A stretch of DNA of 64,000 nucleotides, from positions 1 through 64,000 of the forward strand of contig NIVC01001374.1 of the NCBI GenBank assembly GCA_002269645.1, given 5' to 3'. How positions within the stretch are numbered: the stretch's first letter is position 1; the number at the start of each line of letters is the position of its first letter. Of the stretch, positions 24,415-37,602 are shown piece after piece. The notes under the pieces were generated by a model. The model saw nothing but the letters and a program-made list of their open reading frames with translations, ran no database searches and was not told where the DNA came from. The DNA is from Macrostomum lignano (taxonomy: Eukaryota). The position numbers were made by a program, and so were the translations under genes.

Positions 24415-25015
24415 AGTAGGTATCAGTGACCTACTGAGACTGTAAAGAAGGTATCAGTGACCTACTGTGATTGTAAAGAAGGTATCAGTGACTTACTGAG
24501 AGACTGTAGAGAGAGGGTATCAGTGACCTGCTGAGAGACTGTAGAGAGGGTATCAGTGACCTGCTGAGAGACTGTAGAGAGAGGGTATCAGTGACCTACT
24601 GAGAGACTGTAGAGAGAGGGGGTATCAGTGACCTACTGAGAGACTGTAGAGAGGGTATCAGTGACCTGCTGAGAGACTGTAGAGAGAGGGTATCAGTGAC
24701 CTGCTGAGAGACTGTAGAGAGAGGGTATCAGTGACCTACTGAGAGACTGTAGAGAGGGGGTATCAGTGACCTACTGAGAGACTGTAGAGAGGGGGTATCA
24801 GTGACCTACTGAGAGACTGTAGAGAGGGGGTATCAGTGACCTACTGAGAGACTGTAGAGAGAGGGTATCAGTGACCTGATGAGAGACTGTAGAGAGGATA
24901 TCAGTGACCTGCTGAGAGACTGTAGAGAGGGGGTATCAGTGACCTACTGAGAGACTGTAGAGAGGGTATCAGTGACCTACTGCGAGACTGTAGAGAGGGT
25001 AAGCGGTGACCTACC
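24415..25015. repeat. 33-37-bp array (GGTATCAGTGACCTACTGAGAGACTGTAGAGAG) in Hox1 intron
   Basis: Unit length varies through an internal (GA)n/G run. Confidence 0.95.
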
Positions 25016-25544
25016 TAACAGTAATAAGGCTACTACTATATACTAATTTCACCAGTGTCATGCGATGACGAGAAGCCATTTTAAAAAGGTTCCCAATTCG
25101 AAGCCGCATTCCATCTTTGCAGTTGGATTTGAGCTGTGAGTCGAAATGATTACTATATGTCTTACTCTGGCTTATGCTTCCCACACGATCGTATATACTA
25201 TATTCTATACACTCGATATTGGCAGACGATGAAGTTCGCTAACCGAGTAAATCCTCAGATCAGAGGCGTCAAGCCATTTCCTAGAATTCTACTAGAAATC
25301 TCCCGCGATCAATGCACAAAAGTTTGGCAAGCATGGGATTATTCCATCGAAAATTAGTCTGAGGGAATTGGGATCTTGATCCCTATTGATGGAGCATGAT
25401 TGACTCGTGGCTTTGCGGGACTCTTTGAGCAAATGCTCGCTGAGCAAAAGGGGTAGTTTGAGTACAAATTATTGTTGAATACGGACTTGAGTGTATGATT
25501 TGGCATGATTGGCATGGCATTGGCATGATTTCTGCTCTATTGAT

Positions 25545-25868
25545 GGTAAATCATCAGGGATGGTAAATCACCAGGGATCGTAAATCATCAGGGATGGTAA
25601 ATCATCAGGGATGGTAAATAATCAGGGATGGTAAATCATCAGGGATGGTAAATCATCAGGGATGGCAAATCATCAGGAATGGTAAATCATCAGGGATGGT
25701 AAATCATCAAGGATGGCAAATCATCAGGGATGGCAAATCATCAGGAATGGTAAATCATCAGGGATGGCAAATCATCAGGGATGGTAAATCATCAGGGATG
25801 GTAAATCATCAGGGATGGTAAATCATCAGGGATGGTAAATCATCAGGGATGGCAAATCATCAGGAATG
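25545..25868. repeat. 17-bp array, locus 2 (Hox1 intron)
   Basis: Same unit and orientation as 22165-22470. Confidence 0.95.
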
Positions 25869-25904
25869 ATAAATTAAGATTGTAAATTGTGAAATATAGT
25901 CAGT

Positions 25905-26095
25905 GGTAAACCTTCGGTCAAGGGAGCTAGTCAGGGGTGTGGTAAATCGTCGGTCATGGGAGCTAGTCAGGGGTGTGGTAAATTGTCGGTCAAGGGAGCT
26001 AGTCAGGGGTGTGGTAAGTCGTCGGTCATGGGAGCTAGTCAGGGGTGTGGTAAATCGTCGGTCAAGGGAGCTAGTCAGGAGTGGTAAATCGCCCA
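25905..26095. repeat. 36-bp array (GTGGTAAATCGTCGGTCAAGGGAGCTAGTCAGGGGT)
   Basis: About 5 units. Confidence 0.9.
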
Positions 26096-27404
26096 TGGAT
26101 CAAAGAATTAAAACTCAGTATTGAGAACTTCTCAAAAGTGACGCAATTATGAAATTCCAAGCTTTCAAGACTCACGTCTCTGAACTCTGTCAAACCAGAA
26201 TACGAGTAGACGCTCATATGCAGATCTCATAACTTGATCAGCGCAGAAATCCCTCTTGAAAGAAATTAATGCAAGACAGGTTTCGCGCATGACTTGGCAC
26301 TGTGGTTCATACGCATATTGCATATTAGAGTTCGGTTTTGCGATATATATTTATTAAAAACTTTTCCCAAGTCACGTCTTGGCGGCCACTTTGCATCATT
26401 TTGTGGAAATACAGAGCCCTCCCTCCCCTATAGAAGTTGAGAGCTCTGGCTGCCCCTGTCTAAATTCTATACAAACTTCTGGACAGCAAAGTTTGTCTTT
26501 CTCCTATACTTCCTTGCCCTGGCTCTTAGCATTATTGGCAAGTGCGCATTAGACTCCATATACATGAGTGATCTCTCAGCTCTAAGAGAGTAAGGGAGAA
26601 AGTTCAGCAAACAGAAAAACCCGGTTTGTAGGTCTTAGCTCTGTGGCCTGCTCTCTTCCCCAATGGGTTTGAGGTTCCCCGACTACGTAACTTTTTATGG
26701 CGGTACTGTTGCGTTTAACTTTCTCGCTGAAGTTCGGCCTCACATGGGGAAATGAGGGGCACTGAGGGACCGCCTGAATAGGGAAATGAGGGGCGCCTGA
26801 ATTGGGAAATGAGGAGCTCCTGAATAGGGAAATGAGGGGCACTGAAAGGTCGCCTGAATCGGGAAATGAGGGGCACTAAGACCGCATGGAAGGTATAATA
26901 AGAATGTTGTATATATTTGCCGTTTTCATAAAGTAATGCTTGCTACTCGTAAAGTTGAAAATGTTATTAGTTAAAACGAAACAGTAGACCACGAAGACCG
27001 AAGTATAAAAAAACATTTTTTTGATACAATTCAAGCGGTCACGCCATCTCTTTGACTGCGAGTGGAATTCCTTTCTTAGTTGACCGTCGAAGTTTCAGTA
27101 GCGAATAGGAAGATTTATTGCCAACAAAAGGTTAGGGTATATTGCCTAATATCCTTGCCCGGATACCAGATCCAGTTGACAAGGCCGACATGATTTATGA
27201 TCCTCGAAATCGGTCTCCCTCTCTGCTTGGTGTCTGCAGGGCCATATTTTATATAATGTCAGCCATTGGTTAGAAATAAATTCCAAGAAGTTTCTTGTTG
27301 TCGAAAAAAAGATTTTCGAAAATAAACTCAAAAACAAAAAGACTGAAGCCGTGTTACAAGGGAGCGAAAGGCTGTTTTATAGGGGCTTCAATTGACCAGT
27401 TTGG

Positions 27405-27735
27405 CGTCCCCAACTGCTACAACTTGGCGCCCCCACTGCTACAACTTGGCGCCCCCAACTACTACAACTTGGCGCCCCCAACTACTACAACTTGGCGCCC
27501 CTCCAACTGCTACAACTTGGCGCCCCTCCAACTGCTACAACTTGGCGCCCCTCCAACTGCTACAACTTGGCGCCCCTCCAACTGCTACAACTTGGCGCCC
27601 CTCCAACTGCTACAACTTGGCGCCCCTCCAACTGCTACAACTTGGTGCCCCTCCAACTGCTACAACTTGGCGCCCCTCCAACTGCTACAACTTGGTGCCC
27701 CCCCCCCACTGCTACAACATGGCGCCCCCTCCAAC
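27405..27735. repeat. 25-bp array (AACTGCTACAACTTGGCGCCCCTCC)
   Basis: About 13 units. Confidence 0.9.
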
Positions 27736-28269
27736 TGCCAGAGTTCGTCGCAAAGACCAAATTTTGCGCCCTAATTAAATTAGCATTAATTAAACTTTTA
27801 TATAACAAATTAGGCAATCTGTCACACAGTTTAACTTTATAATTTATATTTCTGCGCCTAGTTTAGTATGTATAAACTATCTATAGTAAGTATACTGTAT
27901 AATGCTTTTAACAAACGGAAGAACTGCAGTTGATGAGCCGATCGCGCAAGCCATCACCAACTGATTCCGTCTTGACTTGCCATTGCGCAAAGAAGGGTCC
28001 ATAATTCTTCGCAACGGAATCGTTCCTTTAAAGCCACTTTTATCGCCCTGTTTATGGAGCCTGTTGCTATGGAAGCTAGATATTGTCAAAATTTAACATT
28101 GGCTACAACTGATACAAGCTAAGCCACTTAAATAGTATTTTTGCTGCTGATATTTTGTAAACATTTGGCTGATAACCCGGCCGTTTGCAGTGCTGAATAT
28201 TACTAGTTATATAGCTGAGTATTGAATGAATATTGATAAACTATGGATGCCTTGGCTGTTGAATTTGGG

Positions 28270-28880
28270 ATTGGCGCCACCTCAACACGCAGTTCTGCGC
28301 CACCTCAACAACACCCAGTTTGGCGCCACCTCAACACCCATTTTGGCGCCACCTCAACACCCAGTTTGGCGCCACCTCAACACGCAGTTTTGCGCCACCT
28401 CAACAACACCCAGTTTGGCGCCACCTCAACACCCAGTTTGGCGCCACCTCAACACCCAGTTTGGCGCCACCTCAACAACACCCAGTTTGGCGCTACCTCA
28501 AAGCCCAGTTTGGTGCCACTTCTACACCCAGTTTGGCGCCACTTCTACACCCAGTTTGGCGCCACCTCAACAACACCCAGTTTGGCGCCTCCTCAACAAC
28601 ACCCAGTTTGGCGCCACCTCAACACCAAGTTTGGCGCCACCTCAACAACACCCAGTTTGGCGCCACCTCAACACCCAGTTTGGCGCCACCTCAACAACAC
28701 CCAGTTTGGCGCCACCTCAACACCCAGTTTGGCGCCACCTCAACAACACCCAGTTTGGCGCCACCTCAAAGCCCAGTTTGGTGCCACTTCTACACCCAGT
28801 TTGGCGCCACTTCTACACCCAGTTTGGCGCCACTTCTACATCCAGTTTGGCACCACTTCTACACCCAATTTGGCGCCTTG
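28270..28880. repeat. 23/26-bp array (CACCCAGTTTGGCGCCACCTCAA, with or without CAA)
   Basis: About 25 units, ending about 105 bp from the Hox1 donor. Confidence 0.95.
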
Positions 28881-28985
28881 TCAAGACACTTCTAGACTCA
28901 GTTTGACACCACCTGACACTCAGTTTGCTAACTATTCGGTTTACCATTCATTAAATCAGAAGCAGAAACACAGCAAACGGCTCAC

Positions 28986-29334
28986 CTTTCGCCATCCTAG
29001 CCTGTTGCCGCTTGATCTCCATCCATTTGAACGGCGCGGCACTGAATCCGCCAGCATGTCCGCCGCTGTCGTTGCTGCAGCACGGGCTGGTTGAATCCGG
29101 CCTGACTGCTGACCCGCTGCCATGCTGATGATGAGTTGTTGCCATGCCAACCGTTGACGCATTTTCGCTAGCGAATGCACATTGATGAGGCGACTGAAGT
29201 ATATTGGTGGCAGCTTCTGAGGCTTGTTGATAGAGCACGTGACCTTGGTGGTGATACGGCTGTTGAGTCAGATATTGCTCTGGGCAGGCAATTTGGGGAT
29301 CATAAATCTGCTGGTGCTGATAATGACGCGACAT
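28986..29334 (-). CDS. Hox1: Labial/Hox1, exon 1 with hexapeptide
   Basis: MSRHYQHQQ...APFKWMEIKR (labial-type Pbx-binding hexapeptide). Donor AAAG|GTGAG, phase 1, matching exon 2. Start codon is inferred. Confidence 0.85.
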
Positions 29335-29654
29335 ATTTGTTATTGATGCAGTTTGTTTTTTAATTAGCTGCTTCGAAGTTTTATTTATCTCAAGTGGCTT
29401 CCTTGACACAGCCAATGGGAATTCGGGAACAAGGGGATGATGGTGGGTTTGGGGATGGATCTTAGTTGAATCAGTAACAAGCAGGTTCCTTCCATGATCC
29501 CAGCTTTCCCCCCTGGTAGGGTGGAAGGATTTCATAGAACTTCATAGACCTTGACGTAGTGTCAAGAACCCTGGAGTCCCAAACTTGAATCCCAATTCAA
29601 GTTCCAACAATTTAGTTTCAAAGTCTAAATCCTAATAAAGCTAGTGCCAAGAAT

Positions 29655-31630
29655 ACCCAGAAATCCCAGAAATATCTAGAAATCACAGGAATATCTAGAA
29701 ATCTCAGGAATATCTAGAAATCACAGGAATATCTAGAAATCACAGGAATATCTAGAAATCACAGGAATATCTAGAAATCACAGGAATATCTAGAAATCAC
29801 AGGAATATCTAGAAATCACAGGAATATCTAGAAATCACAAGAATAATCAGATATCCCAAGAATCTTCAGATATCCCAAGAATCTTCAGAAATCCCAAGAA
29901 TATCCAGAAATCACCGGAATATCTAGAAATCACAAGAATAGTCAGATATACCAAGAATCTCCAGATATCCCAAGAATCTCCAGAAATCCCAAGAATCTTC
30001 AGATATCCCCGAAATCTCCAGAAGTCCCAAGAATCTCCAGAAATCCCAAGAATCTTCAGATATCCCCGAAATCTCCAGAAGTCCCAAGAATCTCTATAGA
30101 TATCCCCAGAATCTCCAGATATCCCCAGATCTCCAGATATCCCCAAAATCTCCAGATAACCCCAGAATCTCCAGATACCCCAAGAATCTCCAGATATCCC
30201 CAGAATCTCCAGATATCCCAAAAGAATCTCCAGATACCCCAAGAAACTCCAGATATCCCTCGAATCTCCAGATACCCCAAGAATCTCCAGATAAACCAAG
30301 AAAGTCCAGATACCCCAAGAATCTCCAGATATCCCCAGAATCTCCAGATATCCCCAGAATCTCCAGATATCCCCAGAATCTCCAGATACCCCAAGAATCT
30401 CCAGATATCCCTATAATCTCCAGATACCCCAAGAATCTCCAGATACCCCAAGAATCTCCAGATACCCCAAGAATCTCAAGATACCCCAAGAATCTCCAGA
30501 TACCCCAAGAATCTCCAGATATCCCCAGAATCTCCAGATACCCCAAGAATCTCCAGATATCCCCAGAATCTCCAGATACCCCAAGAGTCTCTAGATATCC
30601 CAAGAATCTCCAGATACCCCAAGAATCTCCAGATACCCCAAGAATCTCCAGATACCCCAAGAATCTCCAGATACCCCAAGAATCTCCAGATACCCCAAGA
30701 ATCTCCAAATACCCCAAGAATCTCCAGATATCCCCAGAATCTCCAGATACCCCAAGAATCTCCAGATAACCCAAGAATCTCCAGATACCCCAAGAATCTC
30801 CAGATACCCCAAGAATCTCCAGATACCCCAAGAATCTCCAGATACCCCAAGAATCTCCAGATACCCCAAGAATCTCCAGATACCCCAAGAATCTCCAGAT
30901 ACCCCAAGAATCTCCAGATACCCCAAGAATCTCCAGATATCCCCAGAATCTCCAGATATCCCCAGAATCTCCAGATATCCCCAGAATCTCCAGATACCCC
31001 AAGAATCTCCAGATACCCCAAGAATCTCCAGATACCCCAAGAATCTCCAGATACCCCAAGAATCTCCAGATACCCCAAGAATCTCCAGATACCCCAAGAA
31101 TCTCCAGATACCCCAAGAATCTCCAGATACCCCAAGAATCTCCAGATACCCCAAGAATCTCTAGATATCCCAAGAATCTCCAGATATCCCCAGAATCTCC
31201 AGATACCCCATGAATCTCCAGATACCCCAAGAATCTCCAGATACCCAAGAATCTCCAGATATCCCCAGAATCTCCAGATATCCCCAGAATCTCCAGATAT
31301 CCCAAGAATCTCCAGATACCCCAAGAATCTCTAGATATCCCCAGAATCTCCAGATACCCCAAGAATCTCCAGATATCCCCAGAATCTCCAGATATCCCAA
31401 AAGAATCTCCAGATACCCCAAGAATCTCCAGATATCCCTCGAATCTCCAGATACCCCAAGAATCTCCAGATATCCCCAGAATCTCCAGATATCCCCAGAA
31501 TCTCCAGATATCCCAAGAATCTCCAGATACCCCAAGAATCTCTAGATATCCCCAGAATCTCCAGATACCCCAAGAATCTCCAGATATCCCCAGAATCTCC
31601 AGATTTCCCCAGGAATCTCCAGCTACCCCA
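29655..31630. repeat. 2-kb 19-bp minisatellite (AAGAATCTCCAGATACCCC) upstream of Hox1
   Basis: Period 19 read directly. The left sub-block is GAAATCACAGGAATATCTA. Confidence 0.95.
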
Positions 31631-32266
31631 AGAATATAATGCCAAGAAGCAGTCCAAATCTAACTTGAATACTTTTTCAGCCCAATCATACACACGGCCG
31701 AATAAATGTTTTTCTCATGGCAAATCTATTATTAGAATGGTCAGCTGAGTGGCATAAAAAAGCGCTGTCAGATATGCTCCGACTAAGCGCCATGATATCA
31801 ATGTATTGATGATTTTTTTCATTGCCGATAATGTTTACTACAAAGCCCATTCTGTGCGCGCGGATTTAGGATCCACGTGACAGGGTAATGAATTATGAGC
31901 TGCATATCAGCCTCCTCGCTTATAGAAGTCGGCAGTTCCGGTACTGAATTCTCCCCGTGTCACACCGCAGCCTGCTCCCCTATGATGGAGCCGCCTGACT
32001 GACTGGCTGCATCGGCTGGGACCGACGCCGCCCTCGCCATCAATGGATGCCGCGGCTGTCAAAAAGCCTCAACGCTGTTCCGCCAGCAGCCACCCCTCAA
32101 CCGTCTGTCTCTCCCTTCTCCCCATTCAAAGGCCGGCAGGCCGTCATCCCAGCGGTTCGTTTGGCTGGCGTCGGGCTGCCTTTTTGAGTTCACCGCGTCT
32201 TCATTCTCATCCTCGTTATCAACAAATGAGGCCACAGTAATACCATGCAGTTAGCAGGGTGCATTG

Positions 32267-32780
<514 letters not shown>

Positions 32781-33377
32781 AATTTTTTGCCATTTTATAA
32801 AAAGGCGTTACTTTTTACCTCCAGTAGCTAGTTGAGCGAATTGCTGTCAGGCCCAATCTTGATAACTGCGACCTGAATTACCTAAATTCATGTCTGCAGT
32901 TTGATACAAAGCCAAGCAAAGACACAGTGAGTCTATACTCTGTTGTAAAATGTGAACTTCTATTCAGCTGTGAAGATTCGACTACGATCTGTACATGCAG
33001 TGCGAGTTTGAAGAGCCCTCGAAACAGACACGAAGCATGCAGACTGTAGGCAATTCCTTGTCACTTTCTACAGTTTTGCAATTTAATTGCAAACCCGAAT
33101 CTGAGTACAAAAGCAACAAAACCCAGAGCTCCGAAAGAGAGACAAGACATCTCTCTGGCTTCTGAAAAACTTGCACTACGAGTAATTAAATATTCGCTGA
33201 GAACGTCGACTTTTTTAGTAAGAATGGAAGAATATTATACAGTTGTCGTCTTTAGCTGTGGTAAGTCTTCGCATGCCCTCACTAGTTTCATATGCTTCTC
33301 GGAAGTTCGGAAGCCTGTCAGTTAAAAGAAATGATCAAATACCACAACATTTTTTTCAATCTAAAAGTAAACTTAAA

Positions 33378-33990
33378 CCCATATTGTCGATCGGGTGTCC
33401 TCTGCAGGCTGCAACCCCCCATATTATCAATCGGGTGTCCTCTGCAGGCTGAAACCCCCCATATTATCAATCGGGTGTCCTCTGCAGGCTGCAACCCTCC
33501 ATATTATCGATTGGGTGTCCTCCACAGAGTGCAACCCCCCCCCATGTTATCAATCGGGTGTCCTCTGCAGGCTGCAACCCCCATATTTTATCAATCGGGT
33601 GTCCTCTGCAGGCTGCAACTCCATATTATCGATTGGGTGTCCTCTGCAGGCTGCAACCCCCCATATTATCAATCGGGTGTCCTCTGCAGGCTGCAACCTC
33701 CCATATTATCGATCGGGTGTCCTCTGCAGGCTGCAACCCTCCATATTATCGATTGGGTGTCCTCCACAGAGTGCAACCCCCCCCCCCATTTTATCAATCG
33801 GGTGTCCTCTGCAGGCTGCGACCCCCATATTTTATCAATCGGGTGTCCTCTGCAGGCTGCAACCTCCCATATTATCGATTGGGTGTCCTCTGCAGGCTGC
33901 AACCCTCCCATATTATCGATTGGGTGTCCTCCACAGAGTGCAACCCCCCCCCATATTATCAATCGGGTGTCCTCTGCAGGCTACAACCCC
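33378..33990. repeat. About 40-bp array (ATATTATCAATCGGGTGTCCTCTGCAGGCTGCAACCCCCC)
   Basis: Period 40 (33421 to 33461). Confidence 0.95.
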
Positions 33991-34002
33991 CCGAACCCCC
34001 AG

Positions 34003-34521
34003 ACGAACTGACGGCTGCCCTCAGTCCCAACCGAAAGCCGCAGCTTCATCGGCAGCTGACGGACGCTCGCAGACGTCACAAAGCGGCAGTTGACCGTCTT
34101 CGTTGCTACCTGTTCTCCCCCCGATTTTTATCGTTGGATATTTGTGTTTCCTCCAGCGAAGATGAGGAGACAGAGATGAAGATTAAAGAGTCTGCACAGG
34201 TCAAACGTGGAGATCAGAATCAGTTTGGATCTGGTGAAATCAAGATGACAGAAAAGGACAAAAGGTACAACTCGTCGGTAAACGCGTCTGCCTCTTGTAC
34301 GAGTACCAAAAAACCCCTGGTTGCGTCCCTCCTTTATAAAACAACTTACAGAAAATCTTCGCGTCGTCCAATTCAACTCAACCCGTCAATCGACCGGCCG
34401 CACGGCTGGCCCTAATGGCCTTGCAGGCCCTTCTTCTTCAGCCGGGCAGACCAGTGGAGGCTCTCGTAGATCGTTGAACTGATTCTACTGCCAAACACTA
34501 TTCACTTAGAAACTACTTTGA
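34003..34521 (+). CDS. Candidate internal exon of an unidentified gene
   Basis: CAG acceptor at the end of the 40-bp array; protein-like frame (DELTAALSPNRKPQ...SSSEDEETEMKIK); GTAAGA donor at 34522. Requires a frameshift near 34410. Confidence 0.35.
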
Positions 34522-34769
34522 GTAAGATGCTAAAAACTTCCTATCCAGTTCTGCTTTGCATTGTGGCACTGTTTTCTATCTACTCCAGTTTTTTTTAATA
34601 AAGCAACAACTGTTCACCATGTTTTGATTGAAAAACCAAGGACAACTTAAGTAGTCCTTGTGAAAAACCTGAAATCAACATGGATTGATTATTATCAATA
34701 GATTTTTTTTTGATTGATTTCAAGTATATTTTCACTGGCTCTATGCAGTACCACCGAGTTTGTATTAAA

Positions 34770-35040
34770 AAATATTGAACCTACCAAACCTACCGCACCT
34801 GCCAAACCTACTGAACCTACCGAGCCTATCAGACCTACCGAACCTACCGAACCTACAGAACCTACCGAACCTACCAAAGCTACCGAACCTACAGAACCTA
34901 ACAAACCCATCGAACCTACCAAACCTACGGAATCTACCGAACCTACCAAACCTACCGAACCTACTAAACCTACCGAACCCACCGAACCTAATGAACGTAC
35001 CGAACCTACTAAATCTACCGAACCTACCGAACCATGCACC
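34770..35040. repeat. 9-bp degenerate array (ACCGAACCT)
   Basis: Direct reading. Confidence 0.9.
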
Positions 35041-35239
35041 CAAGCTACCAACAACTACAAAGTTCGGGGCGCCGGAGTCAGTCAGCAGGTAGTCCTTTGA
35101 AACACCGAGTGCGCATCTCCTCGCCGCTTTGATGACTCATTCGTCGTCGCCGACCTAGAGACGCTTCATCGTTACAGAGCAAAACAGTCTTTGACCACCG
35201 CATGGAACAGCGCCGCCCTTTGGCCGTCAAACCCTGCAA

Positions 35240-35648
35240 AACCTACCTACCTACCTACCTACCTACCTACCTACCTACCTACCTACCTACCTACCTACCT
35301 ACCTACCTACCTACCTACCTACCTACCTACCTACCTACCTACCTACCTACCTACCTACCTGCCTGCCTACCTACCTACCTACCTACCTACCTACCTACCT
35401 ACCTACCTACCTACCTACCTACCTACCTACCTACCTACCTACCTACCTACCTACCTACCTACCTACCTACCTACCTACCTACCTACCTACCTACCTACCT
35501 ACCTACCTACCTACCTACCTACCTGCCTGCCTACCTACCTGCCTACCTACCTACCTACCTACCTACCTACCTACCTACCTACCTACCTACCTACCTACCT
35601 ACCTACCTACCTACCTACCTACCTACCTACCTACCTACCTACCTACCC
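35240..35648. repeat. (CCTA)n microsatellite
   Basis: About 100 units. Confidence 0.98.
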
Positions 35649-36303
35649 TGTCTACCTACCCTGTCTACTACTAGACTTTCTGAACTCTAGAAAACTTCAG
35701 CAAGACTGACAATTCAATTCAGGGTCGATGAGTCGTCTATCATACCGAGATATTGAAACCCCCCCCCCCGAGGCGCAATGATGCATGGACTGAAGGAACG
35801 AAAAAATAGCAAATTAAAAAGAATAACGTCTGCATAGTTATACAAAGAATCAGATTTGTTCATATTCTGTTTTGAATTTTTTTCTTCTTTTCCTTTCTTC
35901 TCTATTTTGTTTGGCCAGCGCACCGTACTCTGCTCAAGCATTATGCTCCGCTCTGACATGGTGTGACTCGGAGACTGTACACCCGCTCGAGTGCAATGAA
36001 GAAATGCTGCAAAGAAAGACAGACAGACAGACAGACAGCATGCTCGGCTGTGCAAGAAAGCACAATATTGTTAAATGCAGCAAGCTCGCAGCAGTTAGAT
36101 GCTTAAAATTTGTACTGTAGAGCAACGAAAGAGCAGTTGCTGCCGGTCTGTCATTGTAACCAAACTCTCTCCATCTATCCGCTCTTATGAGAGACTGTTA
36201 GATAGAAAACTTCTATTGTAAAGCAGAAACCTTCAAAAGAACAAGTCTTTAGTTTGACAACCTAGTGGATTTGTTATCTACAGTGGCATTTCTTAGGCCT
36301 TGC

Positions 36304-36376
36304 ATGATGCTGATCTGGCAAGGAAAATCGCATCTGCTGTCGATTGCGCTGACTTCTCTGCTACTTGTCAACACTG
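36304..36376 (+). CDS. Mucin-like membrane protein, exon 1 (signal peptide)
   Basis: MMLIWQGKSHLLSIALTSLLLVNT; donor G|GTGAGT, phase 1. Confidence 0.7.
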
Positions 36377-36417
36377 GTGAGTTCTATTTGCTGCTGTCTA
36401 TGGCTGTCATTGGTTAA

Positions 36418-36820
36418 AGATGACTCAGGAGCAGATGTACCATCAGACTCAGGAGCAGATGTACCATCAGACTCAGGAGCAGATGTACCATCAGACTCAG
36501 GAGCAGATGTACCATTAGACTCAGGAGCAGATGTACCATCAGATTCAGGAGCAGATGTACAATCAGATTCAGGAGCAGATGTACCATCAGATTCAGGAGC
36601 AGATGTACCATCAGATTCAGGAGCAGATGTACCATCAGATTCAGGAGCAGATCTAATTCCAGATTCGGGAGCAGATATAATAGCAGATTCGGGGGCAGAT
36701 CTAATAGCAGATTCGGGGGCAGATCTAATTCCAGATTCGGGAGCAGATCTAATAGCAGATTCAGGAGCAGATCTAATTCCAGATTCAGGAGCAGATCTAA
36801 TAGCAGATTCAGGAGCAGAT
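36418..36820. repeat. 24-bp intronic array (GATTCAGGAGCAGATGTACCATCA, changing to ...CTAATAGCA)
   Basis: Fills intron 36377-36859. Confidence 0.95.
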
Positions 36821-36859
36821 TACCTAAACCCAAGTGTGTCACCCCTTATTTTACTTCAG

Positions 36860-37602
36860 CATCCGCTCTTCAGGCGGCCTCAGGCGATGCAGAAGGAGGA
36901 GGAGGCGGCGGTGGTGGCGGTGACTGGGCCGGTTTTGACGACCTGCTCATGCCGTCAGGGTCTGCGACCTCCGAAGCCTCAGCATCAGCAGGAGCTGCAG
37001 TGGCGCAAAGCACAGCAGCGGCAGGAACTCAGGCTGCTCAAACTACATCAGTTTTCGAGGCTTCTTCGGCAGCTGCAAAACAAATCACCAACTCAGCTTC
37101 ACCAGTGCTATCGACAATTGCTGCAGCAGCCAGCAAAGAGCCAGAAGTTGCAGTCTCGACTGATTCACCAAAAGCTTCCACAAAGTCAACATCTAAGCCA
37201 TCGCTCAATGAGGTGAGTCCTTCAGCTTCAAGTCCTCAGGCGTCTTCGTCGGCGAAAGCCACGGTAGCAACAACAGAGTCTGCAACAACAGCAAAAGTGG
37301 CAGAAGCAACAACAACAACAACAACGGCAGAAGTTGTTAAAGAAGTTGCACCTCGACAGCCAGCCAAGCCTCGAAGCTCTCAAGCTCGGCAGCCTTCCGC
37401 AGTGCAGCCACCGCAGTCGCCCCCAGCGAAAGTCGGCACCGGCGATGACTCAGAGACTGAGCAAATCTCAGTCGAGCAAAATCGAGTTCGGCTAGCAGAG
37501 GCCGGCGTGGGCGGTGGGCCGGGCATGTTTACCTGGCTGATGGTGCTGCTGCTGCTGTTCATCAGCACCATCGGTTGGATTTGGTTCTGCTGCATCAAGT
37601 AG
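36860..37602 (+). CDS. Mucin-like type I membrane protein, exon 2 (S/T/A-rich ectodomain, C-terminal TM, CCIK tail)
   Basis: Acceptor TTACTTCAG|CA, in frame with ORF 36949-37602; TM segment MFTWLMVLLLLFISTIGWIWF. Confidence 0.75.

Noticed and set aside
23812-24429. 205-aa ORF antisense within the Hox1 intron
   Set aside because: Non-ATG start, no recognisable domain and no splice support; may be regulatory DNA.
36365-37216. 283-aa ORF with SDSGADVP repeats reading through the mucin intron
   Set aside because: It is in a different frame from the signal peptide and TM exons. The retained intron has a stop in the true frame.
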